Source: a virus. From it: a stretch of DNA of 64,000 nt. The stretch covers positions 1 to 64,000 of the IMG/VR virus record IMGVR_UViG_3300047483_000490; one strand, given 5' to 3'. Below the pieces are notes generated by a model. That model was given only the letters and a program-made list of their open reading frames with translations, was not told the origin of the DNA and did no database searches. The position numbers and the translations under genes are program-made. The number at the start of each line of letters is the position of its first letter. The first letter of the stretch is position 1. Positions 1 to 9,405 of this stretch are shown here, in pieces.

Positions 1-1
1 T

Positions 2-433
2 GACTTTTTAGAAATAGACAACGTGGATGTTAAAGAAATGCGTCAGCGTATTATCGAAGCTTTCACACATACTATTAAAGCAATTGGAGCGGTACCTTCA
101 GATGCTGAATTAGATCCCAAGATTACTGAAAGTTGGGCACAGTGGTATGAACCGCACGATGGTCGAGGACACAATAAACACAATCACTGTAGATGGGATC
201 CAAACGAAGCCCCATTCATAGGCTTTTCTGGAGGTTATTACTTATCAGACGGAGAACCTTTCGCTGACCACACATACTCTGGTGCGTTCTGTTTTCATGT
301 TAGGGACTACGACTACTACATAAGACCCAAAAAAGGCATGTTAATTTTAACATTCAAGTTGATAAGCCATGATGATAATAGCAGTTATACAATCTGTTTT
401 AATATGCATTATTATTTATATCTCAGTAAATAA
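2..433 (+). CDS. putative 2OG-Fe(II) oxygenase-like protein (5' partial)
   Basis: Frame open to window start; W..WY..HNKHNH, SGGYY and PKKGMLI motifs typical of phage 2OG oxygenases. Confidence 0.45.
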   Translation, partial: DFLEIDNVDVKEMRQRIIEAFTHTIKAIGAVPSDAELDPKITESWAQWYEPHDGRGHNKHNHCRWDPNEAPFIGFSGGYYLSDGEPFADHTYSGAFCFHVRDYDYYIRPKKGMLILTFKLISHDDNSSYTICFNMHYYLYLSK

Positions 434-614
434 AATAGAGAAGACCATAAAACAAGAAGTTGCTAATGATTTGGCTAAAATGGAAGATAGATCAAAAAGA
501 GAAATAGAGGCCATGAAAGCAAATGTTGCAATTAATGACAGATATATAGAACAATTACACACTAAAATCTCTGAATTAGAAGTTACTTTACAAAATTTTG
601 TAAACAAAAATTAA
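369..614 (+). CDS. hypothetical membrane-anchored coiled-coil protein
   Basis: N-terminal hydrophobic helix then coiled coil. Confidence 0.55.
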   Translation: MMIIAVIQSVLICIIIYISVNKIEKTIKQEVANDLAKMEDRSKREIEAMKANVAINDRYIEQLHTKISELEVTLQNFVNKN

Positions 615-648
615 TTTAGTTATATAATAAAAGTTCTTAAACATTATT

Positions 649-734
649 GGAAGGATGGCAGAGTTGGTCGATTGCATCAGACTTGAAATCTGACGTACTG
701 CAAGGTACCGTGGGTTCGAATCCTACTCCTTCCG
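649..734 (+). tRNA. tRNA-Ser(UGA)
   Basis: Cloverleaf, anticodon arm tcaga-cttgaaa-tctga, long variable arm, G73, no encoded CCA. Confidence 0.95.
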
Positions 735-790
735 CATTTATATTTTTCATCCGGTGGTAAAAAAACTACCGGATGTTAGATATATACTAA

Positions 791-1141
791 ATGGAAGATA
801 ATACAATAAACAATCAAATTGGTCGCAAAGAAAATACTGAAAATTTCAAAAATTGGGCCATTAATAACTTAACTATACCAGATGAACTTGTATTTTGTGA
901 AAACGCAACAATAGCAAGACACCATGTTAAGAGAAAAATAATAAACAGAAATTTAATTCCGTATTCGTGTGATATATGCGAAATTGGACCAGAATGGCAT
1001 GGTAATCCTATGCCACTTATATTAGATCACATAAATGGTATTAATAACGATAATCGTCTAGAAAATTTAAGGTTCGTTTGTTCTAATTGTGATTCTCAAT
1101 TACCAACATATAAATCTAGAAATATTAATAATAAAAAATAA
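791..1141 (+). CDS. HNH homing endonuclease
   Basis: CDIC...LDHINGINNDNRLENLRFVCSNC HNH motif; sits just after a tRNA. Confidence 0.85.
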   Translation: MEDNTINNQIGRKENTENFKNWAINNLTIPDELVFCENATIARHHVKRKIINRNLIPYSCDICEIGPEWHGNPMPLILDHINGINNDNRLENLRFVCSNCDSQLPTYKSRNINNKK

Positions 1142-1234
1142 GAGTGGTGCCCATACTCTTGAGGTCCTGAGTCAATAATGGCTTTAGAATTGTTGCAAAG
1201 CAATGAAAGGATTTTAATAAAACAAATTAGCACT

Positions 1235-1999
1235 ATGACAACAAATCAACCAAGCGCATACATTGCACTTAACAACAATCGTTTGCGCGCTTATGCAGAC
1301 GTCATTTATCTAAAAGACGGAGATGAATTTCAAATTGAAATCTTTAATCCTTACAAAGTTTCCGTTCTTGCAAAAATCTATATCAATAATTCTTTGATTT
1401 CAACATCAGGTTTGGTAATTAGACCAGGCCAACGTTATTTCCTAGATCGTTTTATTGATAAAAACAAAAAGTTTAAGTTTAACACTTATACTGTCGATCC
1501 AGGTACAACCCCAGAAGTTTTAGAATCAATTAAGAATAATGGTTCAGTTCGAGTTGAATTTTACAAAGAAACTGAAGAAATAATGCCTAGACCCTGGCAT
1601 GGAATTATTCAAGCCCCATGGAATTCTAATCCATTTGTAGGTCAACCATATGCTGGCAATGTATTGTATAGCAACAATACAGGCTCATCAAACCCAAATC
1701 CTATTACTTTTACAACGACATCTTCTACCATGAATGTCAATGCATGCATTAATGCGCATGTTAGTTCTGAAATTGAAACTGGTAGAATCGAAGGCGAATC
1801 AAAATCAAAACAAAATTTTAGCACAACTAATCAAGACTTTCAATTCTTTACTTGCGCAGTTTCAGAGTGGAAAATCTTACCAGATTCTCACAAGCCAGTT
1901 GAAGTAAATGAGATTAGAAATTATTGTTCTTCATGTGGAACTCGCATGAAAAAACAAAGCTGGAAGTTTTGCCCTAATTGTGGCGAAAAACTAGATTAA
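1235..1999 (+). CDS. hypothetical protein with C-terminal zinc ribbon
   Basis: CSSC...CPNC at C-terminus; start moved to the ATG after an A-rich leader. Confidence 0.7.
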   Translation: MTTNQPSAYIALNNNRLRAYADVIYLKDGDEFQIEIFNPYKVSVLAKIYINNSLISTSGLVIRPGQRYFLDRFIDKNKKFKFNTYTVDPGTTPEVLESIKNNGSVRVEFYKETEEIMPRPWHGIIQAPWNSNPFVGQPYAGNVLYSNNTGSSNPNPITFTTTSSTMNVNACINAHVSSEIETGRIEGESKSKQNFSTTNQDFQFFTCAVSEWKILPDSHKPVEVNEIRNYCSSCGTRMKKQSWKFCPNCGEKLD

Positions 2000-2009
2000 T
2001 AAATAAAGT

Positions 2010-2606
2010 ATGGCACCACTTTTTAAATTATCTATATTTTTAATACTATTAACTTCATTTAATTTTACACCAAAGCAAAGTATACATGTTAAAAACAATG
2101 TGTATGACATCACATACTCTCAATATTTTGAGCAGCCATTAGATGTTAAATACGACGTGATGTGTAATTCAAAATCTATTAATTACTTTTCTAGAAAGGG
2201 CTTAAATTTCTACACAGTTCCTAATATTCATACTTCTGATGATGCAGATTATTATCATAACGATTATGATAAAGGACACATGGCTCCAGCTGCAGATTTT
2301 AATTGCGATGAAATCTCTTTAAAAGAAACTTTTTCTTATGTTAATTGTGCACTACAGCACAAAGATCTTAATAGAGGTCAATGGAAAGATCTAGAAGCTT
2401 ATGAAAAGGAATTAGCTATTACTAACAAAGTGTCTATCGAGATCGTTGTAGATTTTACAGGATCTGTTAGAAATGCAACTGGAGCTATGATACCTGTTGG
2501 ATTTTCTAAAATTATCACTTTAAATGGAAAACTTTTTAAGTCTTATTATTTTCCAAACCAATCACTTAGAGGTTCATATGAAAAATTTTTAGTAAAAAAG
2601 TACTAA
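2010..2606 (+). CDS. DNA/RNA non-specific endonuclease (NucA/EndoG family), exported
   Basis: DKGHMAPAAD motif, N...Q...LN.GQW; signal peptide. Confidence 0.9.
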   Translation: MAPLFKLSIFLILLTSFNFTPKQSIHVKNNVYDITYSQYFEQPLDVKYDVMCNSKSINYFSRKGLNFYTVPNIHTSDDADYYHNDYDKGHMAPAADFNCDEISLKETFSYVNCALQHKDLNRGQWKDLEAYEKELAITNKVSIEIVVDFTGSVRNATGAMIPVGFSKIITLNGKLFKSYYFPNQSLRGSYEKFLVKKY

Positions 2607-2660
2607 AATATTTTTTTATGTCAAATGTTTGTTGTATATTTACAGAGTAATTAAAACAAA
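2605..2660 (+). promoter_or_regulatory. class I (host-sigma-type) promoter repeat, first of about 16 copies
   Basis: aaatattttttta(t)gtcaaa...tgtatattt/a..taattaaaac repeated before gene blocks at ~2851, 6490, 9427, 12356, 13790, 15146, 18510, 20460, 29802, 43442, 44650, 45377, 47725, 52222, 53728. Confidence 0.75.
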
Positions 2661-2666
2661 CAAATC

Positions 2667-2828
2667 ATGACAGTATTCACAGTTATCCCCTTTTTCTCAG
2701 ACGGTATTGAAATTTTTCAAAACGATATTAAAAGTTTTGTAACATTTGATGCAGCTCAATTATATGCGTGGAATGAAATCGATGGTAAAAGATATGAAAT
2801 AGTTGAAAACGATCTAGAAGATTGTTAA
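2667..2828 (+). CDS. small hypothetical protein (53 aa)
   Basis: ORF read manually immediately after class I promoter. Confidence 0.6.
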   Translation: MTVFTVIPFFSDGIEIFQNDIKSFVTFDAAQLYAWNEIDGKRYEIVENDLEDC

Positions 2829-2911
2829 TAACTTTTGAAAAATAATTGCTAAAATATTTTTTTATATCAAATAAAGTTCGTATATTAGCCTTATAATTAA
2901 AAAACAAACAG

Positions 2912-3259
2912 ATGGAAAAGTTTATTATCAAACCAAGCAGACCCTTTGGAACTGCATTTGCCATTGTAAATACTTTAAGCGGTACTTATATATGTCCAGG
3001 TTGGCACCCAGTGCCATCAGGAACTACCAGAGATCAAATAGAGTTTGATATGACTAACTATATTGAGACAAAACCAAAAGAACACGTAAAAGAAGTTACA
3101 GAAGTTAAATCTTATACAGTTGAAGCTTCAAAACCAGGTAAATTTTACGAAGTTAAAAATAATAACGGTAAATGGAGTTGTACTTGCCCGTCAGCTTCAT
3201 TTCACAGAGGAGATTGTAAACACATAAAAAAATTAAAAGAAGATGCCACAAATATTTAA
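2912..3259 (+). CDS. SWIM zinc-finger protein
   Basis: WSCTCP...CKHI motif. Confidence 0.75.
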   Translation: MEKFIIKPSRPFGTAFAIVNTLSGTYICPGWHPVPSGTTRDQIEFDMTNYIETKPKEHVKEVTEVKSYTVEASKPGKFYEVKNNNGKWSCTCPSASFHRGDCKHIKKLKEDATNI

Positions 3260-3980
3260 AGTAGGAGGTTGCGTAAGAGACAGATTGCTTGGATTAGAGT
3301 CCAACGATATTGACTTTACATTTGTCTTAGATAATCTAGACAGAACCGTAGAAGAAGGATTTCAAATCATGACAGAATGGTTAGACCATAAAATGTTTAC
3401 AATATTTCTGAGTACACCAGAATGTTTTACGATTAGAGCTAAGTTTCCACAAGGTCATGAGAATGAAGGAATGGTAGCTGACTTTGTATTAGCTCGTAAA
3501 GAAGTCGGTTACGAAGAAGGAACTCGTAGACCAATCTTAGAACTTGGAACTCTTGAAGATGACTTAGTTCGTAGAGATTTTACAGTTAATGCCATGGCTG
3601 AAGATGAAAATGGAAATATTATCGATTTATTCGATGGTCAAGAGCATCTAAAACAAATGATTCTTGTAACTCCATTAGATCCTAAGTTGACATTTATGGA
3701 TGATCCTTTGAGAATTCTAAGAGCTTTTAGATTTTCAATTACCAAAGGATTTGTAATGTGTGAAGATATTCAAAGAGCAATCGCAGAACCATTGTTATGG
3801 GTTAAAATGAAAGAGGTAGTAAGTGCTCAAAGAATTAGAGAAGAGCTTACCAAATGTTTTCATGCAGACACAATGACTTCTTTGCAAATGTTATTCGTGT
3901 TAGAAGATGTGCACCCTGGAATGATTGAAGAAGTTTTATTTCAAGATGGAATGTGGTTGAAACCAACATTCGAAAAATAG
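3243..3980 (+). CDS. cca: CCA-adding tRNA nucleotidyltransferase / poly(A) polymerase family
   Basis: VGGCVRD, DID, EDDLVRRDFTVNAMA, DDPLRILRAFRF motifs. Confidence 0.9.
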   Translation: MPQIFKVGGCVRDRLLGLESNDIDFTFVLDNLDRTVEEGFQIMTEWLDHKMFTIFLSTPECFTIRAKFPQGHENEGMVADFVLARKEVGYEEGTRRPILELGTLEDDLVRRDFTVNAMAEDENGNIIDLFDGQEHLKQMILVTPLDPKLTFMDDPLRILRAFRFSITKGFVMCEDIQRAIAEPLLWVKMKEVVSAQRIREELTKCFHADTMTSLQMLFVLEDVHPGMIEEVLFQDGMWLKPTFEK

Positions 3981-3990
3981 TATAAAGATT

Positions 3991-4401
3991 ATGGGAAAAG
4001 TAAAAATATATTTAGATGACGTAAGAACACCAGTTGAAAAAGATTGGATTGTTGTTAGAAATTACGATCAATTTGTATCTCAAGTTATGTATATTGGCTT
4101 AGAAAACATTGATTTGATTTCACTAGATCACGATTTAGGTGAAAGCGCAATGAAAGAGTGGCAGCATGGCGTAACTAAAAATTATGCTATCAACTATGAA
4201 AATATTGTTGAAAAAACAGGCATGGACTGCACAAAATGGTTAGTGAATCAATGGTTAGATGGACAACCTGTTGTTGATGTTGTAATTCACTCAGCGAATG
4301 CTGTTGGTTCAGCAAACATGATGGGTTATATCAACAACTACAGGCATTTACATAGATTGCCACAAAATTGTATTAGAGTACGAATAGACCATACAGTATG
4401 A
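3991..4401 (+). CDS. cyclic-phosphate-processing receiver-like domain protein
   Basis: YLDDVR, SLDHDLG, TGMD, IHSAN..G motifs. Confidence 0.7.
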   Translation: MGKVKIYLDDVRTPVEKDWIVVRNYDQFVSQVMYIGLENIDLISLDHDLGESAMKEWQHGVTKNYAINYENIVEKTGMDCTKWLVNQWLDGQPVVDVVIHSANAVGSANMMGYINNYRHLHRLPQNCIRVRIDHTV

Positions 4402-4670
4402 TGAAATTTGAAACACAAGAGGTTTTTATCTGTGAATGCCATTCACCAGATCACCAGTTTATCATTAGAAAATTTGATGATGAACCAGATGTGTATATAG
4501 CAATACATTTAACAAAACAACCAATGATGCGAAGACTTAAATATGCCTTTAGATATATTTTTGGCTATCAATCTAGATTTGGTGCATTTGATGAGATCAT
4601 TTTAAATCCAGATGACGCAGATAGGCTGCAAAAAGTAGTAGATTCACTTAAAATTCAAAAACATGAATAA
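4398..4670 (+). CDS. hypothetical protein
   Basis: Translationally coupled ORF. Confidence 0.6.
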   Translation: MMKFETQEVFICECHSPDHQFIIRKFDDEPDVYIAIHLTKQPMMRRLKYAFRYIFGYQSRFGAFDEIILNPDDADRLQKVVDSLKIQKHE

Positions 4671-5058
4671 CAATTTAATGACAAAAGAAGAGATGGATGC
4701 TTTCTTAGAAAGTATCGGAGGCTTAAATAATGGCTATTACACTGACAGGCCACCAATTAAGAGCAGGCATTTCTTTTCAGTTTCTGACGGTTGGTTGGGA
4801 ATTATTAAGAGATTGATTGAAGATCTTATAGAACTTGGATGGGATAAAGAAATTTGTCAAGTCAAAGAAAAGTTCGGTGGCCTTAGGTTTTATATCAATA
4901 CTGGCAGTGAAGACATATTTCATCGGATTAGATTAGCCGAAGATGCGTCATATATTACATGTGAAAAATGTGGTGAATTAGGTGAACTTAGAGGTGATGG
5001 TTGGATCACTACGTTATGCGAAGAACATTCAGAAGGAAAGAAAATTATAAATTTATAA
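4663..5058 (+). CDS. conserved phage hypothetical protein (QVKEKFGGLRFY family, Zn-binding)
   Basis: QVKEKFGGLRFY and CEKCG...LCEEH motifs. Confidence 0.7.
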   Translation: MNNNLMTKEEMDAFLESIGGLNNGYYTDRPPIKSRHFFSVSDGWLGIIKRLIEDLIELGWDKEICQVKEKFGGLRFYINTGSEDIFHRIRLAEDASYITCEKCGELGELRGDGWITTLCEEHSEGKKIINL

Positions 5059-5128
5059 AACATGATATACGCAAGCATTGATATTTTTAACACTTTAGTA
5101 AGATATATAAATAAAAAATATTTTATTA

Positions 5129-5770
5129 ATGAAAACAGTTTATTTTTATGTGCTTAGATGTCCAATAACAAACGATGTTAAATATGTTGGCAGGAGCGTT
5201 AATCCATCTGGGAGATATAGACAACATATACATTCCGGAAAAAGAGAAGGTGTTAAGGATAGAAAAGCGGCATGGATTAAAGGTCTTTTGAATAAAAATC
5301 TAAAACCTATATTAGAAATTATTGATAAACTCGAAAATTATAAAGATATTGAAGAAGTTAAAAGAAAAGAAGAATTTTTAATACTTGAATTTAAAAAAAT
5401 ATACGATCTTAAAAACGATAGAGATATTGTTGAAAATGGATATAATTTTTCAGATGAATCCAGAGAAAAAATGTCTAAAGCACAAAGAGGAAATACAAAC
5501 AGACGTGGTAAAAAAGCATCTAAAGAAACTAAAAAGAAAATTTCAATTTCCAGGAAAGGTAAGAAACCACCTCGGTCTTATTTTGAAAAAGTAAATAAAC
5601 CTATCTTTCAATATGATAAAAAATTTAATTTCATTAAAGAATGGGAAAGCGGTACAATAGCTGCATTGACATTAAATATTTCCCAACCAAATATTTCTAG
5701 TTCAGCTAATATAAATTCTAACAGAAAAACAGCAGGTGGATTTATATGGAGATATAAATTTAATAATTAA
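5129..5770 (+). CDS. GIY-YIG homing endonuclease with NUMOD3/NUMOD1 domains
   Basis: YFYVL..KYVGRS, SDESREKMS/SKETKKKIS repeats, RKTAGGFIWRY. Confidence 0.85.
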   Translation: MKTVYFYVLRCPITNDVKYVGRSVNPSGRYRQHIHSGKREGVKDRKAAWIKGLLNKNLKPILEIIDKLENYKDIEEVKRKEEFLILEFKKIYDLKNDRDIVENGYNFSDESREKMSKAQRGNTNRRGKKASKETKKKISISRKGKKPPRSYFEKVNKPIFQYDKKFNFIKEWESGTIAALTLNISQPNISSSANINSNRKTAGGFIWRYKFNN

Positions 5771-5789
5771 CTAATAAATTAATAAAAAT

Positions 5790-6473
5790 ATGCGATACGC
5801 AAGCATTGATATCGAAACCACTGGAATCGATAATGAAAACACACAAACACTCTCAATTGGTATAGTTGTTGAAGATACTGTCAATTGTAAAACTGTCGAA
5901 GAATTACCTACACTTGAAATTGCAATCCTTAGAGAACGCATCGAAGGTGAGATCTTCGCCATTAACATGAATCGTCAATTGATCGCAGACATTTTAGAAT
6001 ATAAAATGGCTCGCAGCGATGAAGAGCGTAAAGAGATTGAAAAAAGAACTGGTCGTGAATACCTTCGAGAAGAAGATGTGACCAGACGTATTTTTCAATT
6101 CTTATGGGACAATGGAGCCTTAGATGGTAAGATCGATCCAACTGGAGCCTTTGAATTTGTAAATGGTAAATCTTACCCTGCATTGACTTCTAAAATGAAA
6201 CCTTTTTATTTTAATGCTGCTGGTAAAAACTTTGCCAACTTCGATAATAAATTCTTAGAGCGTTTACCAAGATGGAAACAATGTCTTAAAGCTAGAGGTA
6301 GAACACTAGATCCTTCAGTTCTTTATGTTGATTGGAAGAATGATGATACTGCACCTGGATTAAGTCTTTGCAAACAAAGAGCAGGACTTAGCGAAGTCGT
6401 AACGCACAACGCAATTGAAGATGCAATGGACGTAGTCTTGTTATTTAGAAAGTTTTATAAAACGTGGGACTAA
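5790..6473 (+). CDS. DEDDh 3'-5' exonuclease (DnaQ/oligoribonuclease-like)
   Basis: SIDIETTG, AGKNFANFD, HNAIEDA motifs. Confidence 0.85.
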   Translation: MRYASIDIETTGIDNENTQTLSIGIVVEDTVNCKTVEELPTLEIAILRERIEGEIFAINMNRQLIADILEYKMARSDEERKEIEKRTGREYLREEDVTRRIFQFLWDNGALDGKIDPTGAFEFVNGKSYPALTSKMKPFYFNAAGKNFANFDNKFLERLPRWKQCLKARGRTLDPSVLYVDWKNDDTAPGLSLCKQRAGLSEVVTHNAIEDAMDVVLLFRKFYKTWD

Positions 6474-6564
6474 TAAGCCCGTAATTTTTTGAAAATAGTT
6501 AAGCCCAAATTTTTTAGTTTGGGCTTTTTTTTGTATATTTACAGAGTAATTAAAAACAAACAAG

Positions 6565-6783
6565 ATGATCAAATCAATTAAAGAAAAAAATCAAGCTTTA
6601 GAAATCGATTTAACAGGTCCACAAGGAAACGCTTACTTTTTATTAGGCACTGCTATGGATTTAGCCAGGCAATTAGGATTACCTGCTGAAACTATACTAG
6701 AAGATATGAAATCTGCTGATTATGAGCATCTGGTCGAGGTATTTGACAAGCACTTTGGTGAATATGTTACTTTATATCGATAG
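6565..6783 (+). CDS. hypothetical protein
   Basis: GPQGNAYFLLG conserved phage motif, follows class I promoter. Confidence 0.65.
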   Translation: MIKSIKEKNQALEIDLTGPQGNAYFLLGTAMDLARQLGLPAETILEDMKSADYEHLVEVFDKHFGEYVTLYR

Positions 6784-6912
6784 TGCTGACGAGCTTTAAA
6801 ATCACAATGGGCCTAATATTATTTTCATGAAAATGAAACAAAGGGGCCCGAAAGGAATATAAGTTTTGTCTTTAGGCGAAAATAAGGTTATAGGGACTTA
6901 AATCATTTAAAT

Positions 6913-7716
6913 ATGCCAGAATTAGCAGAATTAAAATTAACAGCAGACTACGTTAGCGAAATTTCAAAGGGTAAAATTTTCAACAGAATTGAAAAGAATC
7001 CAAACCACAAAGGCTTAGAAATTCCTAAACCTTACGATCAATTTAGAATTCGGGCTAAAAGTAAAGGTAAAGAAATGGTCGTATTTTTGTATCAACACGA
7101 ATACGCTCCATATCAATATGTGCCTCTTAGAATAACAATGGGCATGTCGGGCCATTTTCAGTTGACAGAAACTGGCAAAGAACCTAAACACGCGCACCTT
7201 AAATTTTACAGTACAGACGGATATACATTGAGTTTTGTTGATGTTCGCAGATTTGGAAAATGGAAATTAGGCGAAGAATGGTCAGAAAATAGAGGACCAG
7301 ATCCCATTGACCATTTTCAAGAATTTATCAGAAATATCAAAGCCAATTTAGACAGAAAGGAATTTGACAAGCCAATTTGTGAAGTCTTAATGAATCAAAA
7401 ATACTTTAATGGCATTGGCAACTATTTAAGAGCAGAAATTTTGTATAGAATTGATTGCAATCCATTTGTTTCAGCACGAGAAGCTTTACAAAGGTACCCT
7501 GAAATCTATCAACTTTGCAAATTACTACCATTACAAGCTTATAAATTAGGTGGCGGTCAATTAAAAGACTGGGAAAATCCATTTGGTACAGCAGTCGAAG
7601 TAGACTCATGGTCAGAATTCATGATTTGTTATGGCAATCCAAAAATGAACAAAATAACAGACAGAAATGGTAGAACTTTTTGGTTTAATCCTATCTGGAA
7701 AGAAGCTAATATATAA
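6913..7716 (+). CDS. Fpg/Nei family DNA glycosylase, NEIL1-like
   Basis: N-terminal MPEL, KGKE, FVDVRRFG, H2TH motif FNGIGNYLRAEILY, zinc-less finger DRNGRTFWF. Confidence 0.9.
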   Translation: MPELAELKLTADYVSEISKGKIFNRIEKNPNHKGLEIPKPYDQFRIRAKSKGKEMVVFLYQHEYAPYQYVPLRITMGMSGHFQLTETGKEPKHAHLKFYSTDGYTLSFVDVRRFGKWKLGEEWSENRGPDPIDHFQEFIRNIKANLDRKEFDKPICEVLMNQKYFNGIGNYLRAEILYRIDCNPFVSAREALQRYPEIYQLCKLLPLQAYKLGGGQLKDWENPFGTAVEVDSWSEFMICYGNPKMNKITDRNGRTFWFNPIWKEANI

Positions 7717-7779
7717 AATAAACCTTTTCATATTTACTCATATAATCATTCAAGTTAATACATTTAAACCAAATTAAAA

Positions 7780-8352
7780 ATGGGAAAAGCACAAAAATCC
7801 AACAAAGTTACATTAGAAGATTTAACAGCATTGCGTACTGAATTAGAAAACGCAGCAGCTGCTAAACAAATTGAATTAGCAGAACAAACTTATTCTGTAA
7901 ACTTCGAAGAAACTGGTAATATTACCAAAGTTTTAAACCACTTAAACAAAGACGTTAGCTGGTCTTCTAAAAATGCAGCTCTTTTGGTTAATTTACATGA
8001 CAATTTAAAAAACGAAAAAACACGTTTGACAATTGAATCTAATTTAGCTAAAAACGAAAAAAGAACTTTATCAGCTGAAGAAGCAGCAACAGTTCAATTA
8101 AAACAAATCGACTTAAACACTTTATACCAATCTTTATTGGCTATTCAAAGTACAGGAGTTGAGTCAGCTAGAACTTATGTTCGTTTATTGACAAACATCG
8201 GTGGTCAAATTACTGAAGCGATGAAAACTATGGCTGAAGCTAACAAGCAGATCCAATCGTTACACGTTGAATTAGCTGAGATTGATGCAAGAATTACAGA
8301 GCAAGAAACACCTCAAACTGTAGCAACAGATGAAACTGTCGAGCAAATCTAA
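7780..8352 (+). CDS. hypothetical coiled-coil protein
   Basis: Long helical ORF after class II promoter. Confidence 0.7.
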   Translation: MGKAQKSNKVTLEDLTALRTELENAAAAKQIELAEQTYSVNFEETGNITKVLNHLNKDVSWSSKNAALLVNLHDNLKNEKTRLTIESNLAKNEKRTLSAEEAATVQLKQIDLNTLYQSLLAIQSTGVESARTYVRLLTNIGGQITEAMKTMAEANKQIQSLHVELAEIDARITEQETPQTVATDETVEQI

Positions 8353-8866
8353 AAACAGAATTGAGTTACTTGATGTAATTACTGAAGGTATTTCTACACA
8401 AGAAGTATTTAAAACCATTAATTACAAGAACCAATCTGAAGACAAGATTATTCAATTCATATTTCCACACTTGGTTGAAGAGCTAACACAGTGGGTTATG
8501 GAAAAGAAAAGCTTGCCTAAAAATTTGGCTAGAGAAAAAGCAAAAACCATGTTGAGATGGGAAGGCAATGTTAATACAACAGTGCACCAAATGATTTTCA
8601 TGGGAACAGCAAACAGGCCAGATATGGTCGTTGAAGCTGACGGATTAAGAATCGCTATTGAATTTAAAAAAGGTGATAGAGGTTCAGATCTTAGAAGTGG
8701 ATTCGGACAAAGCATGATTTATTCTACATCATTTGATTTTGTACTCTATTTATTTATTGATACGTCAGTAGATTCTAGAATTGCAAATGCAAGTAATGGA
8801 ATAATAGAACAAAAATTCACAGAAGATCTGTGGAACAATTTTAACATCAAATTCGTCATAGTTTAA
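8330..8866 (+). CDS. putative PD-(D/E)XK nuclease-fold protein
   Basis: RPD...IAIEFK...GQ motif. Confidence 0.5.
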   Translation: MKLSSKSKNRIELLDVITEGISTQEVFKTINYKNQSEDKIIQFIFPHLVEELTQWVMEKKSLPKNLAREKAKTMLRWEGNVNTTVHQMIFMGTANRPDMVVEADGLRIAIEFKKGDRGSDLRSGFGQSMIYSTSFDFVLYLFIDTSVDSRIANASNGIIEQKFTEDLWNNFNIKFVIV

Positions 8867-9405
8867 TGAAATTATTTCTAACAGGAAACTTACAGTTTGG
8901 TCGTCCATCGGCGATTAGACAATTTAAAAGACCATTCTCTTCAGTAGAAGAAATGAATGAGACTTTAATTGAAAATTGGAATTCAGTCGTAAATACAGAA
9001 GACGTTGTTTATGTCTTAGGTAATTTCGCATGGGACCCAACAACAGCTGAAGAAACTTTACAAAAGTTAAATGGCCTAATTGTTATAGTACCTGGAGAAA
9101 TTGACGAACCGATACAAGAAATAGAAGCTCGTAAAATTATGCCTTCAAATGCAAAACTAATTGAAGGCATATTTACAGCTGATGCTGACAAAATTACAGT
9201 GTCTTATTGGCCTTTACAAGAATGGCCAAATAAATCCAAAGGACACTATTCCTTCTTTGGCTATCCTAGCCCAAAATACAAAACAGACCATAAAAAGAAA
9301 ATGGTCAATGTTGCTTGTGACTTCTGGGGTTATAAACCTCAAGCCTTGAGTTCTATAATGTCTTTATTTGATGACATTCAGGACATAGATGTAGAAAAAA
9401 AGTAA
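8866..9405 (+). CDS. calcineurin-like phosphoesterase homolog, degenerate active site
   Basis: RPFSSVEEMNETLIENWNSVV..D.VYVLG family motif, but metal ligands substituted. Confidence 0.7.
   Translation: MKLFLTGNLQFGRPSAIRQFKRPFSSVEEMNETLIENWNSVVNTEDVVYVLGNFAWDPTTAEETLQKLNGLIVIVPGEIDEPIQEIEARKIMPSNAKLIEGIFTADADKITVSYWPLQEWPNKSKGHYSFFGYPSPKYKTDHKKKMVNVACDFWGYKPQALSSIMSLFDDIQDIDVEKK

Noticed and set aside
5129-5770. Group I intron around the homing endonucleases
   Set aside because: Flanks are only tens of AT-rich bases, with no room for a ribozyme core.
6781-6900. Hammerhead-like ctgacga...gcgaaa core
   Set aside because: Stems I and III and the NUH cleavage triplet cannot be formed convincingly; at best degenerate.
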